49,912 nucleotides of DNA from Candidatus Woesebacteria bacterium RBG_16_42_24 (GCA_001792115.1 MGFX01000001.1:188694-238605); one strand, 5' to 3'. Shown: positions 1-9,304, numbered from the stretch's first letter. Made by a program: numbers and translations. The notes: a model not told the origin generated them from the letters alone.

Positions 1-1
1 G

Positions 2-337
2 CACTTACCCCTCAGGGAAGACCGAAGAACTGGAATCTCATATATTGACATATTCACTAGCACAAGAAAGTTGAAGGAAATTTCAGCCGAAATGCGCGAA
101 GCCCTGGGCATTAATGGTAGGAATAAGGAAGTGACAATCACATTTGCTTACGACAACATGGGAATTGCAAGAAAAATTTCTGTCCAAGGAAGGTCTAAGG
201 CGGCGTCGTTTGTTATAGCGGCAGACCCCGCCCGCCCGGAATCACCCCTCCAAGAAGTGAGGAGGGAGGAGGGTGTACTCACACCAGCGGATGCATTACT
301 GATTGCGAAGTTTGGAAGGAGGATGGCTAGGGCGTAG
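2..337 (+). CDS. 3' part of a hypothetical protein entering from upstream of the window
   Basis: The frame of ORF 71..337 is open back to position 2 with no stop; it overlaps the convergent VanW-family stop by 11 bp. Confidence 0.5.
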   Translation, partial: HLPLREDRRTGISYIDIFTSTRKLKEISAEMREALGINGRNKEVTITFAYDNMGIARKISVQGRSKAASFVIAADPARPESPLQEVRREEGVLTPADALLIAKFGRRMARA

Positions 338-2102
338 GGCCGACTCCTCTTAGAAACACGGCCTGCCAGGGGCGAAAGTTTGAGAGGAAAGTCTTTTCGT
401 AAATTACCTCTCCGCCCCGCTCAACAGTATAGTCAAAAGTTACCTTTGCACCCCAGGCCTTGAAATCTATTTGTTTAATTTGTCCAGCCGGGAGCGTCGG
501 ATCATCGACATATAAATCCTCGGGCGGAGGAGTAACGCCGGTAACAACAGGTTTGGTAGTTTTGGCAACCCTCCCGTCGCTTGTTCCGTAAAATTCAAAA
601 TTTAGGGTCATGGCCTTTGGGTCAAAGATGGGCTGAATCAATATATGTCCGGGTGTATCGTTTAGAACCTTTAAGTCTGTGGTGGGTGCATAAACAGTTG
701 CGTCAAGACCGGGAGGATACCCTTGTTCATAGTAACTTACCCGGTAAGAGTGGGCACGCCTTTCTACTATTGGAAGTCCAGCCGCAAGGGCTGCTCTAAA
801 GAACGTACTCGAGACTTGGCAAACGCCACCTCCGTCACCGAGAACGGTTTTTCCATCTTTTATAACAAAGGCCTGCTTATAGCCTGTAAGTGAAGACACA
901 TCGCCCAAAGCTTCATTAAACGAAAAAACTTGACCTGGGGGAATTAGGATACCTTTAAATTTAGAAGATGCGTGGCCGATATTATAGACTCTATTTGCGA
1001 TAGAACCCCGGAAATTTGAAGAGCCTTTGCCGATAAGTTCCTTAATTCCAAGGTTATTAACGTCACCAGTACTAATCTTTGGTGGAGTTCTCTCAAGAGG
1101 AATTTCAAGAGTTAGTTCGCTTTCCTCCTGTCTTTCAAGATTCAAAAGTGCTTCTAAAATTTCCTCTACTAATTTTTCTTGCCTCACTTTTAGGCCGTCT
1201 TCGGCAGGGGCAAATTCCTTAACCCTACCTTCTTCAAAAATAAATGTCGGATTTTGGGGTTCACGGTTTAAGCTCGAGGCTATTTTTGAAACTTCCGAAG
1301 CGATAGCCTCTTTTTTATAGCCCCCCAGTGGGTCGAGTGTCTCAAATATCTTAACTTCCTTCCACTCAAAAACTTCCTGGGGAGACGTAAGGATGAGCTT
1401 TTTGCCTAATAAGCTTTCAGCCCGCGTTTTTAGATTTTCGGCTTCAGCTTCATTGATGGTTGGATCTATATTTTTAACCGTGAGATAAATAGTTTCTTTC
1501 TTGCTGAAACTTAGATTTTCCTTAATGGTATCTTTCGCTGCTTTACTATCTAGTATGCTTCCGGGAGTACCCCTATCCACCATCACCTCGCCCTGAACCA
1601 GCTTTGCTGACGGATAAACCGGGTCTTGCGATATTTCCTCCGCGATTACCCCAAGGGTGTTATCTAGGAATTCCTCGTCGAGATTTATTACTAAGCCTAG
1701 ATATACTTTTCTTACGGGCGCCAGCGCCCTTTGATAGAGGCTGGAAATTAAATTTCCTTGACGGTCGAAGTTATAAGCCCCCTCTACTGATTCCTGATAA
1801 TCGGTTACTACACCCAAATCTTGTGTAGGGATATTAAAAACTTGGTCTTGGTAGGTAAGGCTGATTTCCTTCGGAGGCAAAGTCGCCTGCGAAAGAATGG
1901 TTTCTGCCTCTTTGAGAGTTTTGCCTCCGATAGAAACCCCAGCTACATAAATTCCCGGGAAGATTTTGTTCCAAAAAAAGAAATTATAGGCAGAAAATAT
2001 CAGGAAAATAAATATGGGCAATAGGAACCAATGTGCCCACTTTGGTGTTGAAAACCAAAGCATTTTTAAGTTTTTTATCTGGTATATTTTCTTCTTCACC
2101 AT
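327..2102 (-). CDS. VanW-family protein with N-terminal TM anchor and peptidoglycan-binding repeats
   Basis: GGGVCQVSSTFFRAAL, ERRAHSYRVSYY, PGLDATVY and C-terminal G5-like F.SN.RPWQAV motifs. Confidence 0.9.
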   Translation of the reverse strand: MVKKKIYQIKNLKMLWFSTPKWAHWFLLPIFIFLIFSAYNFFFWNKIFPGIYVAGVSIGGKTLKEAETILSQATLPPKEISLTYQDQVFNIPTQDLGVVTDYQESVEGAYNFDRQGNLISSLYQRALAPVRKVYLGLVINLDEEFLDNTLGVIAEEISQDPVYPSAKLVQGEVMVDRGTPGSILDSKAAKDTIKENLSFSKKETIYLTVKNIDPTINEAEAENLKTRAESLLGKKLILTSPQEVFEWKEVKIFETLDPLGGYKKEAIASEVSKIASSLNREPQNPTFIFEEGRVKEFAPAEDGLKVRQEKLVEEILEALLNLERQEESELTLEIPLERTPPKISTGDVNNLGIKELIGKGSSNFRGSIANRVYNIGHASSKFKGILIPPGQVFSFNEALGDVSSLTGYKQAFVIKDGKTVLGDGGGVCQVSSTFFRAALAAGLPIVERRAHSYRVSYYEQGYPPGLDATVYAPTTDLKVLNDTPGHILIQPIFDPKAMTLNFEFYGTSDGRVAKTTKPVVTGVTPPPEDLYVDDPTLPAGQIKQIDFKAWGAKVTFDYTVERGGEVIYEKTFLSNFRPWQAVFLRGVGPTP

Positions 2103-2132
2103 CTCACAAGTTGTATGATAACATTATTAATA

Positions 2133-3716
2133 ATGCCCGACCAAAACCCAAGTTTCCCGACGGAAGAAGCTCCAGCGGCCCCATATGGAGAGATGAAACA
2201 ACCCAAGGAGATTGCACCACAGCCAGAGCCCCTTCAAGGCCCGTCCCAATCCCAACCTTGGACTGGAACAGCCACGCCTCCCAAGGAAGCTGGGGGGGTA
2301 AGCCCCGAGACTCCGAGTCCGGCGCCAGTAAGTCCCGCCGGACCCGTTAGTCAACCGCCGGTACCAGTAATTGCTGAAGGACCAACCGTTACTACAACGG
2401 GGCGAAGATTTCCAATAAAAATTATTCTCGGAATACTTCTCGCCTTAATACTTGCGGCCCTGGCTTACTTCGGGTTCAAGTTTTTGAGGAGCAGAACGGG
2501 GGCTCCATTAACTACCAACACGATTACCTGGTGGGGCCTTTGGGAAGACTCGGGAGTTGTCGCGCCCCTAATCGAGGAGTACCAAACCCAGAACCCTACT
2601 ATAAAAATCGAGTACGTAAGACAATCCCCCAAAGATTACCGTGAACGGCTTGAGAGTTCCCTTTCCGGGGGCGAAGGCCCTGACATTTTTTTCTTCCACA
2701 ACAGCTGGGTGCCCATGTTTAGGGATAAGCTCGACAAAATTCCTGCAGAAGTAATGGGTGCCGGGGAATTTGCCCAGACATTTTACCCGATTGTCTCTTC
2801 GGACGTCACTAGCGGAACCGGGTTAACTGGAATTCCCTTGGGGTATGACGCGCTAACTCTTTACATAAACCAGGATATGTTTGACGCTGCTGGTAAGACA
2901 GCACCAGAAACGTGGGACGATTTAAGGAAAGTAGCAAGCGAGTTGACGATTAAAGACGAAGACGGCCTAATTTCGCAATCGGGCGTTGCTTTGGGGTTAA
3001 CATCAAACATAGACCATTGGCCGGAGATTTTGGCTTTAATGATGCTTCAAAACGGCGCAAATCTGGCCGAGCCGACGGGTGAGTTGGCCGAGAAAGCTCT
3101 TGAGTTTTATACCTTTTTTTACAAGACAGATAAAGTTTGGGATGAAAACCTTCCCAACTCGACGGTCGCCTTTGCTGCAGGAAAAGTAGCCATGATTTTT
3201 GGTCCTAGCTGGCGAGCCTTTGAGATAAAAGAGCAGAACCCGGAGCTAAGATTTAAGACAGTTGCCCCGCCCCACCTTCCTAAAGAAGATACTAATGAAC
3301 CAGACGTCGCATATGCGACATATTGGATACAAGGGGTCTGGGAGGGGAGTTCTCAAAAAGAAGCGGCTTGGAGTTTTCTTAAATTCATGAGTCAAAAGAC
3401 AAGTTTGGAGAAGCTTTTCGCAAACGCCAGTAAAACCAGGCTTTTTGGTGAGCCATACCCGAGGGTGGATATGACCGAACTTCTTAATACGCACCCAATG
3501 CTTGGAGCAATAATTACCCAAGCCCCTAATGCGACCAGTTGGTATTTAGCTAGTCGAACTTTCGATGGACCGACGGGAATAAATTCACAAATAAATAAAT
3601 ATTTTGAGGATGCGGTGAATGCAGTTAATGAAGGAACGAGCGCCGAAGGTGCGCTTGCGACAACCGCGGAGGGAGTTGCCCAAATTCTTGCCCAATTCGG
3701 AATTTCTTCTCCATGA
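2133..3716 (+). CDS. Extracellular solute-binding protein family 1 (sugar-type) with Pro-rich N-terminus and TM anchor
   Basis: ITWWGLWE, GPDIFFFHNSW, GIPLGYDALTLYIN, TWDDL and FAAGKVAMIFGPSW motifs; start moved to ATG 2133. Confidence 0.88.
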   Translation: MPDQNPSFPTEEAPAAPYGEMKQPKEIAPQPEPLQGPSQSQPWTGTATPPKEAGGVSPETPSPAPVSPAGPVSQPPVPVIAEGPTVTTTGRRFPIKIILGILLALILAALAYFGFKFLRSRTGAPLTTNTITWWGLWEDSGVVAPLIEEYQTQNPTIKIEYVRQSPKDYRERLESSLSGGEGPDIFFFHNSWVPMFRDKLDKIPAEVMGAGEFAQTFYPIVSSDVTSGTGLTGIPLGYDALTLYINQDMFDAAGKTAPETWDDLRKVASELTIKDEDGLISQSGVALGLTSNIDHWPEILALMMLQNGANLAEPTGELAEKALEFYTFFYKTDKVWDENLPNSTVAFAAGKVAMIFGPSWRAFEIKEQNPELRFKTVAPPHLPKEDTNEPDVAYATYWIQGVWEGSSQKEAAWSFLKFMSQKTSLEKLFANASKTRLFGEPYPRVDMTELLNTHPMLGAIITQAPNATSWYLASRTFDGPTGINSQINKYFEDAVNAVNEGTSAEGALATTAEGVAQILAQFGISSP

Positions 3717-3954
3717 CATCCTCCCCGCCCTAAAGAGCGGGGGTATCCCTCCAAAGGAGGATGATATATCAGGTGAATAACCAACGCCCAGCGTTGTCAA
3801 TTCCTCCACGGATTGAAATCCGTGGTATCCTTGAAACTGTTATGACATTCTCCATGGACTAAGAGCCCACAGTTTCACTTTTGAAAGAGAATGACATATC
3901 AAGTTCAATTCCTCCGTGAGCTGAAAGCTCACGGTTTCCTTGAAATTGTTATGA
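3713..3954. mobile_element. Two tandem non-autonomous hairpin mini-elements (IS200/IS605-end or REP-like) bounded by ATGA
   Basis: ATGA at 3713, 3842 and 3951 bound units of 125 and 105 bp that share TCAATTCCTCC-stem-GGTWTCCTTGAAAYTGTT; the stems covary. Confidence 0.65.
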
Positions 3955-4808
3955 GGCAAGAGACTAAAAGAGATTTTACACTCTATTACCACGACATTTT
4001 TGAATACCCGCTAACGGACGAGGAGGTTACTGTCTGGCAGCCTGGCAAAAAACTTGGGGGAGAATTGAAAAAACGAGTTGAGACTGAGAAAAAGGGAGGG
4101 TATTCATTTTTAAAAGGTAAAGGGAGACTCGTGGAGGAGAGGCGGGAAAGAGAGAGCATCAGCAAAAGAAAAATTGAAATGGCAAAAAGGGGTGTTGGGT
4201 TTATCTCGACAATTCCCACGGTTAAGATGGTCGCCCTTACAGGGGCCCTGGCAATGAGTAATGCCAAGGTGGATTCCGATATAGACATTTTCATTATTTG
4301 TAAGGGGGGAACACTTTGGGCGACGAGGATGTTTACGATTTTTCTACTGGATATTTTTGGAATTCCCAGAAACGCTGGAGGCAAGGTCGATAAAGATAAA
4401 CTCTGCTTGAATATGTGGTTGGATGAGCGCGATTTAATCTGGGGCAGGACAGATAGAAATTTTTATACAGCTCACGAAATCGCCCAGATTATTCCTCTTG
4501 TAAACAAAAGAGGGACCTACGAGAGGTTTATCTTTGTTAATAGGTGGATTAAGGATTATTGGCCCAATGCAGTCAAGATACTAAGTGAAGAAGATACTAA
4601 GATACTTGTGGGGAAGAGCAAAAAAAATCACTTAATATCTAAGTATCTTAGTATCCTAGTATCTTTGCTATTCGAGCCGATTGCCTTTCGGTTGCAGTAT
4701 TTCTATATGAAGTCGAAGATCACCCGTGAGGTCGTAACTCCCACCCGGGCAATTTTTCATCCCCGAGACTGGGGAAAAATCGTGATGAAACGACTAACCC
4801 AGGTTTAG
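3951..4808 (+). CDS. Nucleotidyltransferase-fold (Pol beta-like) protein
   Basis: VALTGALA...SDIDIFII motif (G-x...D-x-D); the upstream 60 nt of the tracked ORF are repeat sequence, so the start is placed at 3951. Confidence 0.72.
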   Translation: MRQETKRDFTLYYHDIFEYPLTDEEVTVWQPGKKLGGELKKRVETEKKGGYSFLKGKGRLVEERRERESISKRKIEMAKRGVGFISTIPTVKMVALTGALAMSNAKVDSDIDIFIICKGGTLWATRMFTIFLLDIFGIPRNAGGKVDKDKLCLNMWLDERDLIWGRTDRNFYTAHEIAQIIPLVNKRGTYERFIFVNRWIKDYWPNAVKILSEEDTKILVGKSKKNHLISKYLSILVSLLFEPIAFRLQYFYMKSKITREVVTPTRAIFHPRDWGKIVMKRLTQV

Positions 4809-4811
4809 GTA

Positions 4812-4841
4812 TTGACAAAGTAGATTACGTTTTACTAAAAT
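4812..4841 (+). promoter_or_regulatory. Sigma70-type promoter of groES-groEL
   Basis: TTGACA 4812-4817, 18-nt spacer, TAAAAT 4836-4841. Confidence 0.7.
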
Positions 4842-4866
4842 AGCACTCGCTGTTAGATATTGCTAA
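4840..4866 (+). promoter_or_regulatory. CIRCE-like HrcA operator (variant right arm)
   Basis: ATAGCACTC-N9-TATTGCTAA versus consensus TTAGCACTC-N9-GAGTGCTAA; lies upstream of groES and hrcA is in the window. Confidence 0.8.
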
Positions 4867-4891
4867 CCCTTCGACCCTGCTCAGGGTAAAC
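4867..4891. repeat. REP-like half element (TTCGAC..GCTCAGG family)
   Basis: CCCTTCGACCCTGCTCAGGG resembles 46156-46177 and the 48041-48088 hairpin arms. Confidence 0.55.
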
Positions 4892-4912
4892 TTCTAATAG
4901 TTTTTTATTTGT

Positions 4913-5227
4913 ATGCCAGCTAAAAAGTCGAGATCTAAATTAAACCTAACTCCTGCGCCCGGATATCTTCTTATTGAACCACTTGAAGCCGAAACTAAAA
5001 CCACTTCTGGAATATACTTGCCAGACACAGCTGGAGAAAAACCCCAAAAAGGAAAGGTTTTGGCGGTTGGTGGAGATGAAATTACCGATTCTGGTGCCAA
5101 GAGAAGTGCACCAGCCAAAGTGGGAGACGTTGTAGTTTATAAAAAGTGGGGCGGAAACGAAGTCAAAATCGAAAACAAGGAATATTTATTCTCAAAATTT
5201 GAGGATGTTTTAGCCGTTGAAGGCTAA
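4913..5227 (+). CDS. groES: Co-chaperonin GroES
   Basis: TTSGIYLPDTAGEKPQKGKVLAVG, KVGDVVVYKKWGG. Confidence 0.98.
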   Translation: MPAKKSRSKLNLTPAPGYLLIEPLEAETKTTSGIYLPDTAGEKPQKGKVLAVGGDEITDSGAKRSAPAKVGDVVVYKKWGGNEVKIENKEYLFSKFEDVLAVEG

Positions 5228-5252
5228 AACATGGTGAGCAAAGCGACAAACA

Positions 5253-6878
5253 ATGGCTAAACAACTTAAATTTTCAGACGAAGCAAGGCAATCCCTAATG
5301 AAGGGAATAGACATTGTTGCCAAGGCTGTTGTTACCACTCTTGGCCCCAAGGGGAGAAACATTGCTTTAGATAAAAAATGGGGAGCCCCGAATATAGTCC
5401 ACGACGGAGTTTCCGTTGCCAAGGAAATTGAACTTCCGGACCCATTTGAGAATATGGGCGCGCAGCTTGTAAAAGAGGCGGCTGACAAAACCAATGACGA
5501 TTCTGGGGACGGAACCACCACGGCAACACTTCTGGCCCAGGTAATGACGGGAAAGGGAATGAAGAATGTGACGGCCGGGGCCAATCCAATGGTTGTCAAA
5601 AAGGGAATGGAAAAAGCGGTTTCCGCGGTTGTTGAGGAGCTAAAGAAAATTTCAAAACCGATTAAAAACAAAGAGGAAATAACCCAAGTTGCCACGGTTT
5701 CTGCGGGGGATTCTGAAATCGGAGCAAAAATAGCCGAAGCTCTTGATAAAGTCGGAAAAGACGGAGTCGTATCGGTTGAGGAGGGTAAAGGACTCACCAT
5801 CGATATCGAATACAAAGAAGGGATGGAGTTTGATAAGGGTTATGCTTCCCCCTATTTTGTTACAAATCCGGAAAAAATGGAGGCAGAGATTGAAGGGGCT
5901 TACATTTTAATGACGGATAAGAAAATTTCGGCAATTGCAGACCTGCTTCCCTTTTTGGAAAAATTCGTCAAGGTTTCCAAGAATTTGGTAATTATTGCCG
6001 ACGAAATCGAAGGAGAGGCTCTTGCCACTCTGGTTGTCAACAAGCTTCGCGGTACTTTCAACGTCTTAGCGGTTAAAGCTCCAGGTTTTGGAGACAGGAG
6101 AAAAGAGATGCTTGAAGACATTGCGGTACTTACCGGGGGAACCGTAATAAGTGAGGACACCGGTAGGAATTTTGAAGCTATAGAGGTTACCGACCTTGGT
6201 CAAGCCGACAAGATTTGGTCCGATAAAGATAACTGCCGAATCATTGGAGGAAAAGGAGAAAAAGGCGCAATTAACGCTCGAATCGCTTCAGTAAGGAAAC
6301 AGATTGAAGCTACGGACTCGGATTTTGACAGAGAAAAATTTGAGGAAAGATTGGCCAAAATGAGCGGGGGAGTCGCACAAATAAATGTAGGCGCCGCAAC
6401 CGAGATTGAACTTAATGAGAGGAAGGAGCGGGTAAAAGACGCAGTGGGGGCTACCAAAGCGGCCGTAGAGGAGGGAATTGTTCCCGGTGGGGGAGTTGCA
6501 CTTCTTCGGGCAAGGAAAGCCCTTGATAAGGTGGTCGCCGAGGGAGAAGACGAAAAAGTAGGAGTAGAGATCGTTAGAGAAGCCCTCGAGCAGCCAATCC
6601 GCTGGCTAGCCAAGAATGCAGGTGAGGACGACGGATATGTCCTCAAAAAAATCGAGGCGGCGAATGATTCCGACTACGGATTTAATGCTCTAACGGGTGA
6701 GTTTGGTTCAATGACCAAGCTTGGTATTCTTGACCCCCTTAAGGTAACCCGAACAGCCCTTCAAAATGCGGCTTCAGTTGCTATGATGGTTCTTACTACC
6801 GAAGGTCTCGTCACCGACATCCCCGAAGAAAAGAGTCCTCCAGCCGGTATGCCCCCAGGCGGGGGAATGGATTATTAA
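5253..6878 (+). CDS. groEL: Chaperonin GroEL
   Basis: [33 protein letters not shown] and GGM-type tail. Confidence 0.99.
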   Translation: MAKQLKFSDEARQSLMKGIDIVAKAVVTTLGPKGRNIALDKKWGAPNIVHDGVSVAKEIELPDPFENMGAQLVKEAADKTNDDSGDGTTTATLLAQVMTGKGMKNVTAGANPMVVKKGMEKAVSAVVEELKKISKPIKNKEEITQVATVSAGDSEIGAKIAEALDKVGKDGVVSVEEGKGLTIDIEYKEGMEFDKGYASPYFVTNPEKMEAEIEGAYILMTDKKISAIADLLPFLEKFVKVSKNLVIIADEIEGEALATLVVNKLRGTFNVLAVKAPGFGDRRKEMLEDIAVLTGGTVISEDTGRNFEAIEVTDLGQADKIWSDKDNCRIIGGKGEKGAINARIASVRKQIEATDSDFDREKFEERLAKMSGGVAQINVGAATEIELNERKERVKDAVGATKAAVEEGIVPGGGVALLRARKALDKVVAEGEDEKVGVEIVREALEQPIRWLAKNAGEDDGYVLKKIEAANDSDYGFNALTGEFGSMTKLGILDPLKVTRTALQNAASVAMMVLTTEGLVTDIPEEKSPPAGMPPGGGMDY

Positions 6879-6922
6879 ATAACTTCGCCAATTTTTCCTT
6901 TTGCTGTATAATCTTTTGCTCT

Positions 6923-7318
6923 ATGGGAGAAAGGATTCTTACATCTACTGGGCAATTTTCTTCCCTGGAAGAAATTTTAGGACTTCAACAAGTTGGAGGC
7001 AGGGTGGCTAGTGTGTGGATAAGGGAAAAATTACTTAAGTATGGCGAGGAGTATGAACTGCAGCTTTTCGAGATACAAACCGGAAAATTTGAGATATTTG
7101 AAATTAGTGCTGATTCTGAGAGAAAAACCATAGTGGCCGAAAGAGCAATTGGCGAAGAAGCAGTTAGATTTATGGCGAATTTTGTAAGAGGTGAACTTAA
7201 TTTTGTCGCTGTTATCTTGGACCTTGAAGGAGTCTTAGATTGGGTAAGAAGGGGGAAAAGAGGGGAAAAAAGACAAAAAAAGGGTTTGCGGAAACTGACA
7301 GTAAAAAGCTATTGTTAG
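6923..7318 (+). CDS. Hypothetical protein
   Basis: 131-aa ORF filling the gap between groEL and alkA; TATAAT lies 10 nt upstream of the ATG. Confidence 0.55.
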   Translation: MGERILTSTGQFSSLEEILGLQQVGGRVASVWIREKLLKYGEEYELQLFEIQTGKFEIFEISADSERKTIVAERAIGEEAVRFMANFVRGELNFVAVILDLEGVLDWVRRGKRGEKRQKKGLRKLTVKSYC

Positions 7319-7327
7319 GAGAACTAC

Positions 7328-7936
7328 ATGATGGCGAGTAATATTTGGAAAGATGCTCAAAAATTTCTCTTCAAGGATAAATATATAGGGAGTTTGATTA
7401 AAAAGTATGGTTCTTGCAAAATAAGACCCAGGGCCAAAAAGTATTACTTCGAAGACCTTATTGATGCAATAGTCGGCCAGCAGCTTTCCGGCAAGGCCGC
7501 AAAGACGATTTTTGAAAGAGTAAAGGCAAGGTGTGAAGGAAATATTACTCCAGATAAACTTATTAAACTAAGAACCGAGGAACTAAGAAAATGCGGGCTA
7601 TCTTATGCAAAGTGCTCTTATGTAAAAGATTTGGCGGAAAAAGTTAAAAGTTCAAAGTTAAAAGTTAGAATTTTGGATAAACTTTCGGACGAAGAAATAC
7701 TTAACGAGTTAATTGCGGTCAAAGGAATAGGGAAGTGGACGGCAGAAATGTTTCTGATGTTCACACTTGCCCGTCCGGACGTGTTTCCGGTGGACGATTT
7801 GGGGATCGGAAAGGGAATGCAAAAATTACTCAGAAGGAAGATTAAATCCCTAAATATGGCTAAATACGCGGAACGTTGGAAACCCTATCGTACAGCCGCC
7901 GCATGGTATATTTGGAAGGTTGTCGATAGCAAGTAA
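7328..7936 (+). CDS. alkA: DNA-3-methyladenine glycosylase II (HhH-GPD)
   Basis: AIVGQQLSGKAA, VKGIGKWTAEMFLMF, DVFPVDDLG, WKPYRTAAAWYIW. Confidence 0.92.
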   Translation: MMASNIWKDAQKFLFKDKYIGSLIKKYGSCKIRPRAKKYYFEDLIDAIVGQQLSGKAAKTIFERVKARCEGNITPDKLIKLRTEELRKCGLSYAKCSYVKDLAEKVKSSKLKVRILDKLSDEEILNELIAVKGIGKWTAEMFLMFTLARPDVFPVDDLGIGKGMQKLLRRKIKSLNMAKYAERWKPYRTAAAWYIWKVVDSK

Positions 7937-7958
7937 TCAAAAAACCCAAAACTCTAAT

Positions 7959-8552
7959 TTACCGTGGCAACACGGTATACGGGCTAACAGGGATTCCGTT
8001 TTTGCGAACTTCTAGGTGCAAATGATCGCCCGAAGAACGGCCACTTGAACCCATTTCTCCAATTACAGTATTTGTGTCAACGACCTCACCCTCGAAAACA
8101 TCAATTTTTGAGAGATGGGCGTATAAGGAGGAAATTCCCTCTCCGTGGTTAATAAGTATTGCGTTACCGTAAGCATATCTCGAGGTCGAAATAAGCTCAA
8201 TTATCCCATCTTTTATGGGATGGATCTCATCTCCAGTACTCCCGTCAAAATCGATTCCAGGGTGAAAAGTTCGATAACCTTGCGTAATTTTTATCTTTTT
8301 AATCGGGTACTGGACAACCACCTTGGTTGTTAAGTTAATTTTATTTTCAACGACGATTTCGACATTAGCCGTTTCTTCTTCAAAAGCGTTTGTCGGAATA
8401 AATGAAGCTGCAACTAGCATTAAAGCCAAATTTCCACCCATAAGAACTTTAAGTTTTTTATGTCCAAAGACGGCTCTTCCCAATAGGACCACCTGCCTTG
8501 AAAACTTGGAAAGAAGGCGAGCAAAGGAAAGATTTAATAATTTTTCTAACAT
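7959..8552 (-). CDS. M23 family peptidase
   Basis: HPGIDF (HxxxD), SSLYAHL, GSSGRSSGDHLHLEV (HxH). Confidence 0.93.
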   Translation of the reverse strand: MLEKLLNLSFARLLSKFSRQVVLLGRAVFGHKKLKVLMGGNLALMLVAASFIPTNAFEEETANVEIVVENKINLTTKVVVQYPIKKIKITQGYRTFHPGIDFDGSTGDEIHPIKDGIIELISTSRYAYGNAILINHGEGISSLYAHLSKIDVFEGEVVDTNTVIGEMGSSGRSSGDHLHLEVRKNGIPVSPYTVLPR

Positions 8553-8556
8553 AAGA

Positions 8557-8653
8557 CCCCGTCACAAAGGCTGACGGGGCAAACCCCCACACCATCTTGC
8601 CTCTCGCCTTTTTGGTACTATTCGTACACGGCTCGAGGTGCGATTGGGTGGGG
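8557..8653 (-). other. Structured 5' region of the M23 gene (candidate cis-regulatory RNA/repeat)
   Basis: 8-bp stem 8557-8579 four nt from the ATG, plus a long irregular hairpin 8584-8653 whose arm recurs at 48095-48134. Confidence 0.45.
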
Positions 8654-8654
8654 T

Positions 8655-8682
8655 AAATAAAAAATCCCGACTGAGTCGGGAT
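8655..8682 (-). terminator. Intrinsic terminator downstream of tRNA-Cys and the hypothetical gene
   Basis: ATCCCGAC-TCA-GTCGGGAT followed by TTTTTATTT on the minus strand. Confidence 0.75.
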
Positions 8683-8721
8683 GAGTCGCAAGTATAGCTT
8701 GTGAAAGTCAAAAAAGCAAAT

Positions 8722-9174
8722 TCAGGGGATTAGAAGAGGACTCTGCCCCATCATGGCTTTTTCAAAAAGACCGACAAAAGTTCTTGTGTCCGAGACCTCT
8801 CTTGCACTAATACTTCCTTGCTCTTGTCCAGAAGCAACAGAGAATAAATGTCTGGCACTTTCTAAAACCCGGGCTTTTTCTAAGGGGCTCACACTTGTCA
8901 GGATTTCATCAGCAAGGAGAAAGGAATCAATGGCTTCCGAGGCTTCCGAATCAGGATTTAGAACTCCCTCCGAAACAATTGCTCTTCCCTTATACGCCTG
9001 GTCGCAGAAATTCTTCCACTCGACTATTGTCTCTCGAACAATTTCGTGATCTTTTAGGTACCAATCTTGGGGGTAATGTGAGATTAAGTCTGCGGTATCA
9101 AGTACGGGAAGTATTTTGGCAGCAGGATAGCGGTCTTTTATGTGTAACCAGTTTAAAATGACTTCGGCGTTCAT
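8722..9174 (-). CDS. Hypothetical protein
   Basis: 150-aa ORF between tRNA-Cys and a terminator; GATTAT-N6-ATG upstream. Confidence 0.6.
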   Translation of the reverse strand: MNAEVILNWLHIKDRYPAAKILPVLDTADLISHYPQDWYLKDHEIVRETIVEWKNFCDQAYKGRAIVSEGVLNPDSEASEAIDSFLLADEILTSVSPLEKARVLESARHLFSVASGQEQGSISAREVSDTRTFVGLFEKAMMGQSPLLIP

Positions 9175-9229
9175 GCGGCGATAATCTCATAATATTTGGG
9201 GGAAGTCAAGAAGTTTGGAAAATCTTATT

Positions 9230-9304
9230 TGGAGGCCGGAGCGGGAATTGAACCCGCGCATAGGTGTTTTGCAGACACCCGTGTTTCCACTTCACCATCC
9301 GGCC
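9230..9304 (-). tRNA. trnC: tRNA-Cys (GCA), CCA encoded
   Basis: Acceptor GGCCGGA/TCCGGCC, anticodon arm GGTGT-CT GCA AA-ACACC, T-loop GGTTCAATTCC, ends TCCA. Confidence 0.97.

Noticed and set aside
3891-3950. N-terminal extension of the nucleotidyltransferase ORF
   Set aside because: It lies entirely inside the repeat unit; the real start is likely 3951
3713-3954. CRISPR array
   Set aside because: Only two diverged units, the variable part is itself a covarying stem, and no cas genes are present
5210-6646. Long antisense ORFs over groEL (and similar ones over metG, murJ and FN3 genes)
   Set aside because: Shadow ORFs of strongly conserved genes, with no motifs
8557-8653. c-di-AMP or c-di-GMP riboswitch
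   Set aside because: Only short fragments resemble them (CCGTCAGC; GGCAAACC on the wrong strand) and the core conserved elements are missing
8700-9304. Island integrated at tRNA-Cys
   Set aside because: No duplicated tRNA 3' end and no integrase were seen
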